A DNA stretch of 64,000 nucleotides, taken from Oscillospiraceae bacterium (GTDB lineage: Bacteria; Bacillota; Clostridia; Oscillospirales; SIG627). The stretch spans positions 104,258-168,257 of the forward strand of contig SVQW01000001.1 in assembly GCA_015065085.1 (NCBI GenBank), in the 5' to 3' direction. Position 1 is the stretch's first letter. The number at the start of each line of letters is the position of its first letter. A program made the position numbers and the translations under genes. The notes beneath the pieces were generated by a model. The model saw only the letters and a list, made by a program, of their open reading frames with translations. It did no database searches and had not been told where the DNA came from. Positions 19,112 through 28,625 of the stretch are shown here, piece after piece.

Positions 19112-19828
19112 TTAAGATCTTTTTGTTCTCATCGCTTCATACGCGGTTTGCGCAGCCTCGCAGGACATGTTGCAATGTAGTCTGAACAGCCCGGTGCTCG
19201 CAAGGAAATCATTGAATATGGCGAGAACTTTATCGATATCTTCCGCATTGTTGGGGCGGAAAGTCTGCCTGAAAAGCTCCTTGAATGCCTCGATGGCAGA
19301 AATTTTTACAACACTGTTCTGCACCGCGCGTTCAAGAAGTGCGATGCCTGCAATGGGTGCTGAAAAATTCAGATTTTTATCGCTTTTTCCGCTCCACGGA
19401 GTGCCTGCTGCATGAAAAACACCGTTCTTTTTGATTATCAAAGGCTTGTCATCATTCAATATAAGTGCATTATCCTCACCAAAATTCTTTTGCCAAAAGG
19501 ATGCGTGTGTTGATTTTCCCGTACCGCAGTCAGCAGAGAAGAGGAACGCCTCATTATCGTACATAACACATGATGAATGCATTACAAAGGCGTTGTAATT
19601 AATAACCTGACGCGAAAAATCAAAACCCGTGAGAATGTAGTCCAATTCTCCTCGTGTTAGGTGCGGATTGCGTTCAAGGTGGTAGTCCATAACCTGATCC
19701 GGCACTTTTATGTATATATCGGTGGGTCTGCCTCCGCTGTAAGCATAGGCGGCTGATTGCTTTGCAAGCGTTTCGCTGATAAAATCAATTTCGGTAATCA
19801 GACCCGCAATGTTATAACGTCCCTGCAT
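19112..19828 (-). CDS. HPr-kinase-C-domain-like P-loop protein
   Basis: P-loop SADCGTGKSTHASFW in the sequence context found in HprK-related kinases of RiPP clusters. 238 aa with no HPr-kinase N-domain. Confidence 0.55.
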   Translation of the reverse strand: MQGRYNIAGLITEIDFISETLAKQSAAYAYSGGRPTDIYIKVPDQVMDYHLERNPHLTRGELDYILTGFDFSRQVINYNAFVMHSSCVMYDNEAFLFSADCGTGKSTHASFWQKNFGEDNALILNDDKPLIIKKNGVFHAAGTPWSGKSDKNLNFSAPIAGIALLERAVQNSVVKISAIEAFKELFRQTFRPNNAEDIDKVLAIFNDFLASTGLFRLHCNMSCEAAQTAYEAMRTKRS

Positions 19829-19847
19829 TTGCTTCGTGCCTTCCGTA

Positions 19848-20957
19848 TTAGTACCATCCGTCTATCCAACCATCGCCGTCCTTGTCTTCCGGGAGGACAG
19901 GGTTGGAAGCGCTATTGTTTTCCTTTTCTCCGGTGTTGTCTATATTTCCCCATCCGGGAGTTGCAGCTCCGGGAGAGGAAATGATAACAGAATCCTCGGA
20001 AGAAGAATGGGATTTTACATTCGCGCCGGAAATATTTACCGTAAGCCCCTTTCCGACAACAGAAACAACATTGTAGTTTCCGGTCAGAACGGCACTTTTG
20101 CCGCCTCTTATGACCACACGGTGATCTGAAGAAACGTTGGAAAGTGTGATTGAGTCCCCGACACCCTCACCGATGTAAAGGTTGCCGGTGAGCGTTATTC
20201 CGTCAAGAACTACGCCCGGTACACGGATAACGATACTTCCTTCGGGAAGTTCTGTATAAGTTCCGGGCTCGGTGATGTAAGCACCAACAAGATTCTTCAT
20301 TATTTGGGCAAATTCCGCGCGGGTGATGGAATTGTCCGGGTTTATGTAACCGTCGGAGCCGTTTACGTATCCATTGGAAATAAGAGAAGCGGTAGCGTCA
20401 CTTGCCCAATCGGCAACAAGGCTGCCGTCGGGAAAACCGGCAAGAACGGAAGCATCAGCACCTGTAATGTCGAAAGCTCTGGAAATAACTGTGAAAGCTT
20501 CCTGACGGGTTATTGAATCGTCCGGACGGATTTTACCGCTTCCGTCACCGCGGAAAATACCCATAGCAACGGATTTTGCCATGTAGTCATAATACCATGC
20601 ATCGGTAGAAATATCTGTAAAGCCAAGTAAATCTGCAGATACGGTGGCACCGAAAGCGCGCACAAGTATGGTGGCAAGCTGTGCACGGGTGAGGGGATCA
20701 TTGGGAAGTATATGGCCATCCGAACCGTTGAGAAGACCGTTCTGAACAGCTTTAACCAAAGCATCGGTGGACCAGTCGTTCGGCATGTCGGGATAGCGAA
20801 GCTTTATTGCAACTTCTGAATTGGGGAATTTTTCAACATATTCGTCTACCCATTCTTGAGGTGCCTGAGCAGCGGTTTCCTCTGCAAATACATATGTTCC
20901 GAAAGAACAAAACACGGTAATCAAAAGCAAAACTGCAATTTTTGAAATGAATTTCAT
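19848..20957 (-). CDS. Secreted SLH-domain protein
   Basis: Signal peptide MKFISKIAVLLLITVFCSFGTYVFA. Three SLH-like repeats (WSTDALVKAVQNGLLNG, AWYYDYMAKSVAMGIFRG, WASDATASLISNGYVNG). The C-terminal Gly-rich segment ends in DGDGWIDGWY. Confidence 0.85.
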   Translation of the reverse strand: MKFISKIAVLLLITVFCSFGTYVFAEETAAQAPQEWVDEYVEKFPNSEVAIKLRYPDMPNDWSTDALVKAVQNGLLNGSDGHILPNDPLTRAQLATILVRAFGATVSADLLGFTDISTDAWYYDYMAKSVAMGIFRGDGSGKIRPDDSITRQEAFTVISRAFDITGADASVLAGFPDGSLVADWASDATASLISNGYVNGSDGYINPDNSITRAEFAQIMKNLVGAYITEPGTYTELPEGSIVIRVPGVVLDGITLTGNLYIGEGVGDSITLSNVSSDHRVVIRGGKSAVLTGNYNVVSVVGKGLTVNISGANVKSHSSSEDSVIISSPGAATPGWGNIDNTGEKENNSASNPVLPEDKDGDGWIDGWY

Positions 20958-21177
20958 TGGTATCCTCCATAAGTATAAATCGGTATTGAGTACATTAATA
21001 TCTTATATTTTAACATATTTAAACCGTTATGTCAATCTTTCGGGAGAAATAAATGCCGCAAAAAATTAAAACATTTTGTAAATCTGCCCAAAAAAACACA
21101 AATTGAGGAAAACTATCCCCGCAGACGGTTTTAAAAAAATAAACTTTTATTCAAAATATTAATTTTTTGTGAAACTA

Positions 21178-21207
21178 TTGACAAAACGCATATAAGTGTT
21201 GTATAAT
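21178..21207 (+). promoter_or_regulatory. Sigma-A-type promoter of rpmH
   Basis: TTGACA (21178-21183), an 18-nt spacer, then TATAAT (21202-21207) preceded by TG. Confidence 0.6.
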
Positions 21208-21258
21208 GTATGTTGTCTGAAAATGCATTTGATTGTAAGGAGGGATTATGCAATGGCA

Positions 21259-21393
21259 ATGAAGAGAACATATCAGCCCAAAAAGCGTCAGAGAAAAATG
21301 GAGCATGGCTTCCGCAAGAGAATGAAGACTGCTAACGGAAGAAAAGTCCTCAAGAGACGTAAAGCAAAAGGAAGAGCAAGACTCACTTACTAA
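21259..21393 (+). CDS. rpmH: 50S ribosomal protein L34
   Basis: [44 protein letters not shown]. Confidence 0.95.
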   Translation: MKRTYQPKKRQRKMEHGFRKRMKTANGRKVLKRRKAKGRARLTY

Positions 21394-21444
21394 TTCAGGG
21401 TCAACAAACCTCCTTCTCGGGGGTTTTTCCTTTAATGGGGCATT

Positions 21445-21801
21445 ATGGGTAAAATTTACACAATCAAACAAAACGGTTTGTTTTCGCGCGTTTACAATAG
21501 GGGCGTAAGCATTGTGGGCAAAAATATTGCACTTTACGCCCTTAAATGTAAAAGCGGCACCAAAACCAAAATAGGAATTACCGTTAACAGAAAGCTCGGC
21601 GGGGCGGTGGAGCGCAATCGTGCAAAGCGTCTGATACGCGAGGCATACAGAACGCTTTTACTGTCCGAACCTGAGCTTTTTGTCAATCAGTACCTGTTTG
21701 TTTTCGTAGCACGCACACGTTGCCTTGGAAAGAAAACAAAAATGCAACATGTGCGACGTGATATAAAAAATGCTTTGATTAAGCTTAACGAAAAACAATG
21801 A
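21445..21801 (+). CDS. rnpA: Ribonuclease P protein component
   Basis: 118 aa, basic. It contains the RNR-like motif ([15 protein letters not shown]) and follows rpmH. Confidence 0.9.
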   Translation: MGKIYTIKQNGLFSRVYNRGVSIVGKNIALYALKCKSGTKTKIGITVNRKLGGAVERNRAKRLIREAYRTLLLSEPELFVNQYLFVFVARTRCLGKKTKMQHVRRDIKNALIKLNEKQ

Positions 21802-22007
21802 AGTATATCTTTATTTTTCCGATTTTGCTTTACCGCAGGTTTATTTCGCCGCTTTTTCCGCCTTGTTGCCGTTTTACGCCTACGTGCTCACAGTATGCTT
21901 TGGAAGCTTTCAGAAAACACGGCGCATTGAAGGGGCTTTGCCTGACAATTTGGCGCCTTTTACGTTGTAATCCGTTTTCAAAGGGCGGGTATGACCCCGT
22001 GCCTTGA
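21798..22007 (+). CDS. yidD: Membrane protein insertion efficiency factor YidD
   Basis: [33 protein letters not shown]. It overlaps the rnpA stop. Confidence 0.9.
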   Translation: MKYIFIFPILLYRRFISPLFPPCCRFTPTCSQYALEAFRKHGALKGLCLTIWRLLRCNPFSKGGYDPVP

Positions 22008-22033
22008 ACTAAAATTAATATGGAGTGAATCTG

Positions 22034-23137
22034 ATGGATATTTGGGGATATATATGTCTACCCTTCGGTTATCTCATTAAATGGTGCTACAACCTTACGG
22101 GAAGTTATGCCATAGCACTGTTTATTTTCGCACTTGTAGTAAAAATCATTCTGTTTCCCTTTGGTATTAAACAGCAGAAAAATTCAATCAAGCAAGCAAA
22201 GCTTCGCCCTAAAGAACAGGCGATAAGAAATAAATATGCCGGCCGTACCGACCAGGCTACTCAACAGAGAATGCAGCAGGAGATTATGGATTTCTATCAG
22301 AAAGAAGGCTATAATCCCGCAGGCGGTTGTCTCCCGCTTCTTATACAGATGCCTATCATTTTTGCTCTGTATAGTGTTGTCAGAAGCCCGCTTACTTACA
22401 TTTCCAGAATTTCTTCTGATGTTATTTTCAAATTAAAGGAAATCACGGCAGGCATTATGTCCGCTAACGGCGGCAGAGCGCTTGAAGCAAAGAACATTGA
22501 TGAAATCAGTGTAGTGAGCGCAATGCAGAAAAATGCCGAAGCATTCGGCGAATTCGCTATTGAAGCTCCTGATATGAGTATGTTCGGCATAATAAACCTT
22601 GCCGACACGCCTCAGTGGACAACGCTTCTTACACCTATCATACTTATTCCCGTGCTGGTACTCATTACAGGTTATGTTCAGCAGTTTGTTATTCAGAAAC
22701 TGTCATACCAGCCCAACCCCGAAGCGGCAAAGCAGATGCGCGGTATGAATATTTTTATGCCTCTCATGTCTGTGTGGTTCTCATTTATGCTTCCTTCGGC
22801 GCTTGGCTTGTACTGGTCTTTCCAGAATATTCTTGCAATCGTACAGCAGTATATACTTGCTAAGGTGTACCCGATACCCGTTATAACTGAAGAAGAAATG
22901 AAAGCTGCCGAGCGCGAACTTAAGGCAGCACAGAAACATAATGCCAAAGCGGCATCTGTATCAAAACGCCGTTCTTTGGTATATGACGATGACGATGTAC
23001 CTCAGGTACCCGTTTCATCTCCCAAAAAGCCCGAGCCTAAGTCAACCGAAACTGAAAAGTCGGATGATAAAACCAAAGAGATACTGGCTCCCGCACCGCT
23101 TAAAGAGGATAATAACAAAAAAGAAGATAATAATTAA
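22034..23137 (+). CDS. yidC: YidC/SpoIIIJ membrane protein insertase
   Basis: KQQKNSIKQAKLRPKEQAIRNKY...NPAGGCLPLLIQMPIIFALY and a basic C-tail. ATG 22034 with GGAG 9 nt upstream is preferred over GTG 22025. Confidence 0.9.
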   Translation: MDIWGYICLPFGYLIKWCYNLTGSYAIALFIFALVVKIILFPFGIKQQKNSIKQAKLRPKEQAIRNKYAGRTDQATQQRMQQEIMDFYQKEGYNPAGGCLPLLIQMPIIFALYSVVRSPLTYISRISSDVIFKLKEITAGIMSANGGRALEAKNIDEISVVSAMQKNAEAFGEFAIEAPDMSMFGIINLADTPQWTTLLTPIILIPVLVLITGYVQQFVIQKLSYQPNPEAAKQMRGMNIFMPLMSVWFSFMLPSALGLYWSFQNILAIVQQYILAKVYPIPVITEEEMKAAERELKAAQKHNAKAASVSKRRSLVYDDDDVPQVPVSSPKKPEPKSTETEKSDDKTKEILAPAPLKEDNNKKEDNN

Positions 23138-23155
23138 TTTTTTCGGAGGCATAAG

Positions 23156-23965
23156 TTGATAAGAGAAATCATTGTCACAGCCAAAACGATTGAAGAAGCT
23201 GTGAAAAACGGCGCCGAACAGCTTGGCGTTGATATTGAAAAAGTTGAAAATGAAATACTGGAACAGCCTAAAAAAGGCATACTCGGTATTGGTGCGCAGG
23301 ACGCAAAGGTCAGAGTTTATTACACGCTCGGACCGGCGGAGGCAGCAGAAGCTTTTGTACGTACCGTACTTGATGATATGGGCGTCGAAGGTTATAACCT
23401 TACTCTGGATGACGAAATTGCAGACGACATAAAGATTTCCGTGTCAGGCGGGGAACTGGGCGTTGCAATAGGACGCCACGGGGATGTACTTGATGCACTT
23501 CAGTATCTTGCCAACCTTGCGGCAAACCGTACCACGGATAAGCTTGTCAGAGTTACCGTTGATTTAGAGAATTACCGTTCCAAGCGTGAGGAAACTTTGC
23601 GCGCACTTGCACGCCGCATGGCGCAGAAGGCAATCAAGTCCGGCAGAAATGTTTCACTTGAGCCTATGAATTCTTACGAACGCCGTATCATCCATTCCGA
23701 AATTCAGGATATGGAAGGTGTAACCACTTTCTCGGTGGGAAATGACAGCGACCGCAGAATTGTTGTTTCTCCCGAAAAGAAGCAGAGACCCGCAGGCGAA
23801 AATAAGCCCAATCATAGCAGTGCAAAGCCTGCCGCTCCCAAGAAGAAGGTTGTTCTTCCCGAAATTACTCTTCCGCCGGTTAAGCGCGAGCCCGTTGTGA
23901 AGGCAAAGAGCATTGATGAACTCAATCTGGCGGATGCCGATCAGGGCGAGACCTTTAACCCTTAA
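23156..23965 (+). CDS. khpB: Jag/KhpB RNA-binding protein (Jag_N, KH, R3H)
   Basis: TTG start after GGAGG. The R3H block is LEPMNSYERRIIHSEIQ. It occupies the conserved position after yidC. Confidence 0.85.
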   Translation: MIREIIVTAKTIEEAVKNGAEQLGVDIEKVENEILEQPKKGILGIGAQDAKVRVYYTLGPAEAAEAFVRTVLDDMGVEGYNLTLDDEIADDIKISVSGGELGVAIGRHGDVLDALQYLANLAANRTTDKLVRVTVDLENYRSKREETLRALARRMAQKAIKSGRNVSLEPMNSYERRIIHSEIQDMEGVTTFSVGNDSDRRIVVSPEKKQRPAGENKPNHSSAKPAAPKKKVVLPEITLPPVKREPVVKAKSIDELNLADADQGETFNP

Positions 23966-24049
23966 TTTACTTTTTAAGGTAATACAGTCTGAATAATACA
24001 TCTGTGTCATGGCAATACTACTTTCAAATGATTTTGGGAGTGTGTTGCC

Positions 24050-24352
24050 ATGATTAAAGGGTGTACAAAGCGAGTCATTGTTATTAAAAATCCCGAGGGA
24101 AACTATTTTGATGAAGCGTATTTCATTGTCAAAGAACGCTTCAACGAACAGAAGCAGAGCGCGTCAAGTGAAACTAAAATGATTGACGAGGCCAATCGTA
24201 TAATATCGGACAATATATTGAACAAGTATTGCACCCAGACACAGCAGGTCAGAAGAAAAGCGAGCTTGAAGTTTTCTCCCATAGCAGTATATATAATGGG
24301 AATGGCGACCTCTTGCCTTATCATAACTTTGTGCAGACTTGTCCTTTTTTGA
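24050..24352 (+). CDS. Hypothetical tail-anchored small protein
   Basis: 100 aa with a C-terminal hydrophobic segment (FSPIAVYIMGMATSCLIITLCRLVLF). I do not recognise a family. Confidence 0.4.
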   Translation: MIKGCTKRVIVIKNPEGNYFDEAYFIVKERFNEQKQSASSETKMIDEANRIISDNILNKYCTQTQQVRRKASLKFSPIAVYIMGMATSCLIITLCRLVLF

Positions 24353-24515
24353 GTAATTTATATTGCACTTGGTGCATATATTTTAATACCACTGAAAACG
24401 AATGAAATTGCATCGGCGGGCTGTCCGGTGCTTACATATTAAAATCATATACCATAACATGCCGTATATACAGTTACGGCTTTGTTGTTGTGTAATAATT
24501 TAAGAAAGGAATTTT

Positions 24516-26189
24516 ATGGCAAAAAAGAAAAAGAACAAATCCATGCTAAAGGTTATTCCGCTCGGCGGACTGGGAGAAATCGGTTGCAATATAACCGCTG
24601 TTGAATATGAGGATGATATAATTGTTATCGACTGCGGCTTTGGCTTTCCGGATGATAACATGCTTGGTATCGACCTTGTAATTCCGGATGTTACGTATCT
24701 TGAAAAGAATATCGAAAAGGTAAGAGGCATTTTTCTCACTCATGGTCATGAAGACCATATAGGCGCCCTTCCGTATATTCTTAAAACTCTTAACGTCCCG
24801 ATATACGGTACAAGTCTTACGCTTGAAATATTGGCTAATAAGCTTATTGAATTTAAACTTGATAAGGTCACCCGGACTGTAAAATGCGCCGCAGGGGACA
24901 CTGTGGACATTGGTTGCTTCTCTGTTGAATTTATAAGAGTAAACCACTCTATTGCAGACAGCGTGGCGTTTTCCATAACCACTCCCGTCGGCGTTGTGAT
25001 TTTTACCGGCGATTTTAAAATCGATCTTACCCCAATAGATGGTGAAATGATAAATCTCACTCGCTTCGGAGAACTGGGAAACAAAGGCGTACTTGCGCTG
25101 TTTTCTGACTCCACCAACGCTGAGAGACCGGGGTATACCCCCTCCGAACGTACTGTCGGACATTCCTTTGATAACATTTTCCACGGTACAACCAAACGTG
25201 TTGTTATAGCGAGTTTTTCTTCCAACGTTCACCGTGTACAGCAGATAATTGACGCTTCCGAAAAGTATGGACGCAAGGTGGCAATTATCGGACGAAGTAT
25301 GATAAATATCGTTACAGCGGCAATTAAGCTTGGGTATATGCATGTGCCTGAGGGGATGATAGTTGATATAGATGAGATAAAAAAATATCGTCCTGACCAG
25401 CTCACCCTTATAACCACCGGAAGCCAGGGCGAGCCTATGAGTGCTTTGTACCGCATGGCGAATTCTACGCATGATAAGGTTCACCTTGGTATGGATGATC
25501 TTGTGGTTATTTCCGCAACGCCTATTCCGGGTAACGAAAAGCTTGTTTCCAAAATCATAAATGAGCTTTTGAAAAAAGAGGTCGAAGTGGTGTATGACCG
25601 ACTTGCCGAGGTACATGTTTCCGGTCATGCCTGCCAGGAGGAGATTAAAACAATCATTGCTCTTACCAAACCAAAATATTTTGTTCCGTTGCACGGCGAA
25701 TACAAGCATGTGACAAAATGTGCATCTCTGGCAGAATATATGGGCGTACCGCATGAGAATATACTTATCCCGGAGGTTGGCAAAGTGATGGAATTCGGCG
25801 AAGAATCCGCACGCTTCAACGGCAATGTCCCCGCGGGTAAGGTTCTTGTAGATGGTTACGGCGTGGGTGATGTCGGTAATGTTGTTCTGCGCGACAGGCG
25901 CCATCTTGCTTGCGACGGTCTTATAGTGGTAGTGGCCACCATCGACCTTGTCGGCGGATATCTGTTCTCCGGACCCGATATAGTTTCACGCGGATTTGTA
26001 TATGTCAGAGAGTCCGAAGAGTTGATGGAGGAGCTTAAAAATATAGCCAAAGAGGCAATTTACTATTGCATAGATGAAAATATCAGTGATGCAAATGCCA
26101 TCAAATCCAAGGTTAAGGATGACCTTACAAAGTATATTTATTCCAAAACCAAGCGCAAACCCATGATACTTCCCATAATAATGGAATAA
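24516..26189 (+). CDS. rnj: Ribonuclease J
   Basis: LKVIPLGGLGEIGCNITAVEY..., the metallo-beta-lactamase motif THGHEDHIG and a beta-CASP region. The 557-aa length is typical. Confidence 0.9.
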   Translation: MAKKKKNKSMLKVIPLGGLGEIGCNITAVEYEDDIIVIDCGFGFPDDNMLGIDLVIPDVTYLEKNIEKVRGIFLTHGHEDHIGALPYILKTLNVPIYGTSLTLEILANKLIEFKLDKVTRTVKCAAGDTVDIGCFSVEFIRVNHSIADSVAFSITTPVGVVIFTGDFKIDLTPIDGEMINLTRFGELGNKGVLALFSDSTNAERPGYTPSERTVGHSFDNIFHGTTKRVVIASFSSNVHRVQQIIDASEKYGRKVAIIGRSMINIVTAAIKLGYMHVPEGMIVDIDEIKKYRPDQLTLITTGSQGEPMSALYRMANSTHDKVHLGMDDLVVISATPIPGNEKLVSKIINELLKKEVEVVYDRLAEVHVSGHACQEEIKTIIALTKPKYFVPLHGEYKHVTKCASLAEYMGVPHENILIPEVGKVMEFGEESARFNGNVPAGKVLVDGYGVGDVGNVVLRDRRHLACDGLIVVVATIDLVGGYLFSGPDIVSRGFVYVRESEELMEELKNIAKEAIYYCIDENISDANAIKSKVKDDLTKYIYSKTKRKPMILPIIME

Positions 26190-26194
26190 GTAAA

Positions 26195-26232
26195 AAACGT
26201 GCTCGAAGTATTTTCGAGCACGTTATCTTTTT
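26195..26232 (+). terminator. Terminator of rnj
   Basis: AACGTGCTCGAA-gtatt-TTCGAGCACGTT followed by ATCTTTTTTG. Confidence 0.8.
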
Positions 26233-26236
26233 TGAT

Positions 26237-26266
26237 AAAAAAGGTCACAGATTTCTGTGACCTTTT
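26237..26266 (-). terminator. Terminator of the rplU-prp-rpmA operon
   Basis: AAAAAGGTCACAGA-ttt-CTGTGACCTTTTT, with a T-tract on the minus strand after the stem. Confidence 0.8.
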
Positions 26267-26277
26267 TCGGTTGGCGA

Positions 26278-26559
26278 TTATTCAGCCGCGTAAACGGATA
26301 CGCGGGTCTTTTTGCCGGGCATCTGTTCAAATTTAACAGTGCCTGCAACAAGTGCGAACAGAGTATCGTCAGAACCCTTTCCGACATTAACGCCGGGATG
26401 GATGTGTGTACCTCTCTGTCTAACAAGAATGTTGCCTGCGATGCAAGCCTGTCCGTCAGCTTTCTTAACGCCAAGGCGCTTAGACTCACTGTCACGGCCG
26501 TTCTTAGTAGAACCAACACCCTTCTTATGAGCAAAGAACTGTAAGCTTATTCTTAACAT
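26278..26559 (-). CDS. rpmA: 50S ribosomal protein L27 with an N-terminal propeptide
   Basis: [32 protein letters not shown]. The propeptide ends at FF/AHKKG, the site expected for Prp cleavage. Confidence 0.95.
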   Translation of the reverse strand: MLRISLQFFAHKKGVGSTKNGRDSESKRLGVKKADGQACIAGNILVRQRGTHIHPGVNVGKGSDDTLFALVAGTVKFEQMPGKKTRVSVYAAE

Positions 26560-26582
26560 AGTATTTCTTCCTTTCCGATAGA

Positions 26583-26915
26583 TTACTTTGTGTCCTTGAG
26601 GCTTATCTTTATGTTTTTCGGATACTGTGCGGCATAGTCTTCAAGCTGAAGCAAGAAACCATTAAGCACGCCGTAAGCCGATTTGTCACTAAATTGTGAT
26701 TGGGGCAGAGAATAGGATAACTCTCCGCTTTCTTCAGCTTCAATTGCACCGCCGCAATGAAAAATCTCTTCCAGAGTGTTAACTACAAGAGACGTCATGG
26801 CGCTTACCGCGGCACAAACAATATCCTTTCCGTAGTCATCAAAACCTGCGTGGCCCGAAATCGAAAAGCCCGTAACATCAAAGTCTTGATTCCGGTAAAA
26901 AAACGCTTTGATCAT
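26583..26915 (-). CDS. prp: Ribosomal-processing cysteine protease Prp
   Basis: [25 protein letters not shown] carries the His/Cys dyad context. The gene sits between rplU and rpmA. Confidence 0.9.
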   Translation of the reverse strand: MIKAFFYRNQDFDVTGFSISGHAGFDDYGKDIVCAAVSAMTSLVVNTLEEIFHCGGAIEAEESGELSYSLPQSQFSDKSAYGVLNGFLLQLEDYAAQYPKNIKISLKDTK

Positions 26916-27226
26916 TATTTCGCGATCTTGGTGATCTGAACCTTAGTGTAAGGCTGTCTGTGACCGATCTTCTTCTTCTCGTTCTTCTTAGCTTTGTACT
27001 TGAGAACGTGAATCTTCTTGCCCTTGCCGTTTTTAACGACACTAGCGGTTACGCTTGCGCCTGCAACGGTGGGGGTACCGGCAACAAAGCCTGCATCATC
27101 GGAGTAAGCAAGAACTTTGTCGAAAGTAACTGTCTGTTCAGCTTCAACGTCCAACTTTTCAACAAAGATAACGTCGCCTTCCTGAACCTTGTACTGTTTA
27201 CCGCCTGTTAAGATAATAGCAAACAT
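26915..27226 (-). CDS. rplU: 50S ribosomal protein L21
   Basis: [25 protein letters not shown]. The start is set at ATG 27226, after GAGGTG. Confidence 0.95.
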   Translation of the reverse strand: MFAIILTGGKQYKVQEGDVIFVEKLDVEAEQTVTFDKVLAYSDDAGFVAGTPTVAGASVTASVVKNGKGKKIHVLKYKAKKNEKKKIGHRQPYTKVQITKIAK

Positions 27227-27338
27227 GGTATGCACCTCGCTTTCTTAATACGTCTCGCTACGGCAGGCATTCCGAAGAATTTTATGAACCTGCAATATGC
27301 GGTCATATCATTATACAATATAATGAATTTCTTGTCAA
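27227..27338 (-). promoter_or_regulatory. rplU promoter plus a structured 5' leader (candidate L21 ribosomal-protein leader)
   Basis: Minus strand: TTGACA (27338-27333), a 17-nt spacer, then TGTATAAT (-10 at 27315-27310). The ~75-nt leader contains the hairpin GCAGG...CCTGC. L21 leaders are known in Firmicutes, but identity is not verified here. Confidence 0.45.
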
Positions 27339-27341
27339 GAG

Positions 27342-27377
27342 TTGTGCACAATAAAATTGTAAATTTTTTGTGCACAA
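27342..27377. repeat. Two copies of the 10-bp palindrome TTGTGCACAA, 26 bp apart
   Basis: Exact copies at 27342-27351 and 27368-27377, just upstream of the rplU -35 element. Confidence 0.7.
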
Positions 27378-27458
27378 GTGATAATCCCGGATAAAAGTGC
27401 AAAAAATGAAAATTAACTATTTACAAATTTAACAAAAGTGTTATAATGTAATGGTAAA

Positions 27459-28625
27459 TCAAAGGGTATCAATGAACTCTTTGATTTTTGTAAGCGCTTT
27501 CTGAATATGCTCAAGGCTGTATGCATACGAAATGCGGGCGAATCCTTCTCCGCAAGCACCGAAAGCCGTGCCGGGGACTATACCTACCTTGTGCTGATAT
27601 AAAAGCTTTTCGCAGAATTCTTCACTGGAAAGACCGAATTTTGAAATGTTGGGGAATGCATAGAAAGCACCCTCGGGCTCGAAGCAATCTATGCCGATGT
27701 TTTTCAGACCCTTGAGAAGTATTTTTCTGCGTCCGTTGTATTCGCCACGCATGTATTCTATATCGTCATCTCCGTTTTTCAGTGCCTCTGTGGCGGCAAA
27801 CTGACTTGTGGTAGGAGCACACATTATAGCATACTGATGTATTTTGAACATCTGACTGACGAGCGCTTCGGGAGCCGCAAGATACCCCATTCTCCAACCG
27901 GTCATGGCATATGCTTTTGAAAAACCACTTACCAGAATGGTGCGTTCTTTCATGTCGGGCAAAGAGGCGAACGAAACATGCTTTTTGCCATATGTAAGCT
28001 CGGCGTATATTTCGTCCGAAAGCACGATAATATCAGTTCCGCGCAAAACATCTGCTATTTTTTCCAGTTCATCTTTTTCAAGAATAGCACCTGTTGGATT
28101 GTTGGGGAAAGGAAGAACGAGGAGCTTTGTTTTATCGGTGATGGCGGACTTCAGCTCTTCTGCTGTCAGTTTGAATTTATTCTCTTCGCGCGTGTTTATA
28201 ACGACCGGTGTAGCACCTGCCATTGCGGCGATGGGGGAGTAACATACAAAAGCAGGCTCTACGATAATAACTTCGTCGCCGGGGTTTACGACTGCGCGTA
28301 TCGCAATGTCAATTGCTTCACTGCCGCCCACGGTAACAATGAGCTCACTTTGCGGATCGTACTCCAGATTGAATCTGCGGTCGAGATATTTTGAAATTTC
28401 AACTCTCAATTCGGTAAGGCCCTTGTTGGAGGTGTAATATGTCTTTCCGTTTTCAAGCGCTGTTATACCTGCTTCGCGTATGTGCCAGGGAGTTATAAAG
28501 TCCGGCTGACCGACGGTGAGAGAAATAACGTCATCCATGCTTTCGAGAATGTCAAAAAACTTTCGTATTCCCGAGGGCTTGGTATCGCGTACACGTTGCG
28601 CGATTATTTTGTCGTAGTTAATCAA
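27459..28625 (-). CDS. Class I/II pyridoxal-phosphate-dependent aminotransferase (aspartate/aromatic type)
   Basis: 388 aa with LTVGQPDF..., NPTGA and the SGFSKAYAMTGWRMGY lysine block. Confidence 0.85.
   Translation of the reverse strand: MINYDKIIAQRVRDTKPSGIRKFFDILESMDDVISLTVGQPDFITPWHIREAGITALENGKTYYTSNKGLTELRVEISKYLDRRFNLEYDPQSELIVTVGGSEAIDIAIRAVVNPGDEVIIVEPAFVCYSPIAAMAGATPVVINTREENKFKLTAEELKSAITDKTKLLVLPFPNNPTGAILEKDELEKIADVLRGTDIIVLSDEIYAELTYGKKHVSFASLPDMKERTILVSGFSKAYAMTGWRMGYLAAPEALVSQMFKIHQYAIMCAPTTSQFAATEALKNGDDDIEYMRGEYNGRRKILLKGLKNIGIDCFEPEGAFYAFPNISKFGLSSEEFCEKLLYQHKVGIVPGTAFGACGEGFARISYAYSLEHIQKALTKIKEFIDTL

Noticed and set aside
20958-21258. A possible oriC or DnaA-box cluster upstream of rpmH.
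   Set aside because: The region is AT-rich, but I found no good TTATCCACA-like 9-mers and no adjacent dnaA. Only a promoter is supported.
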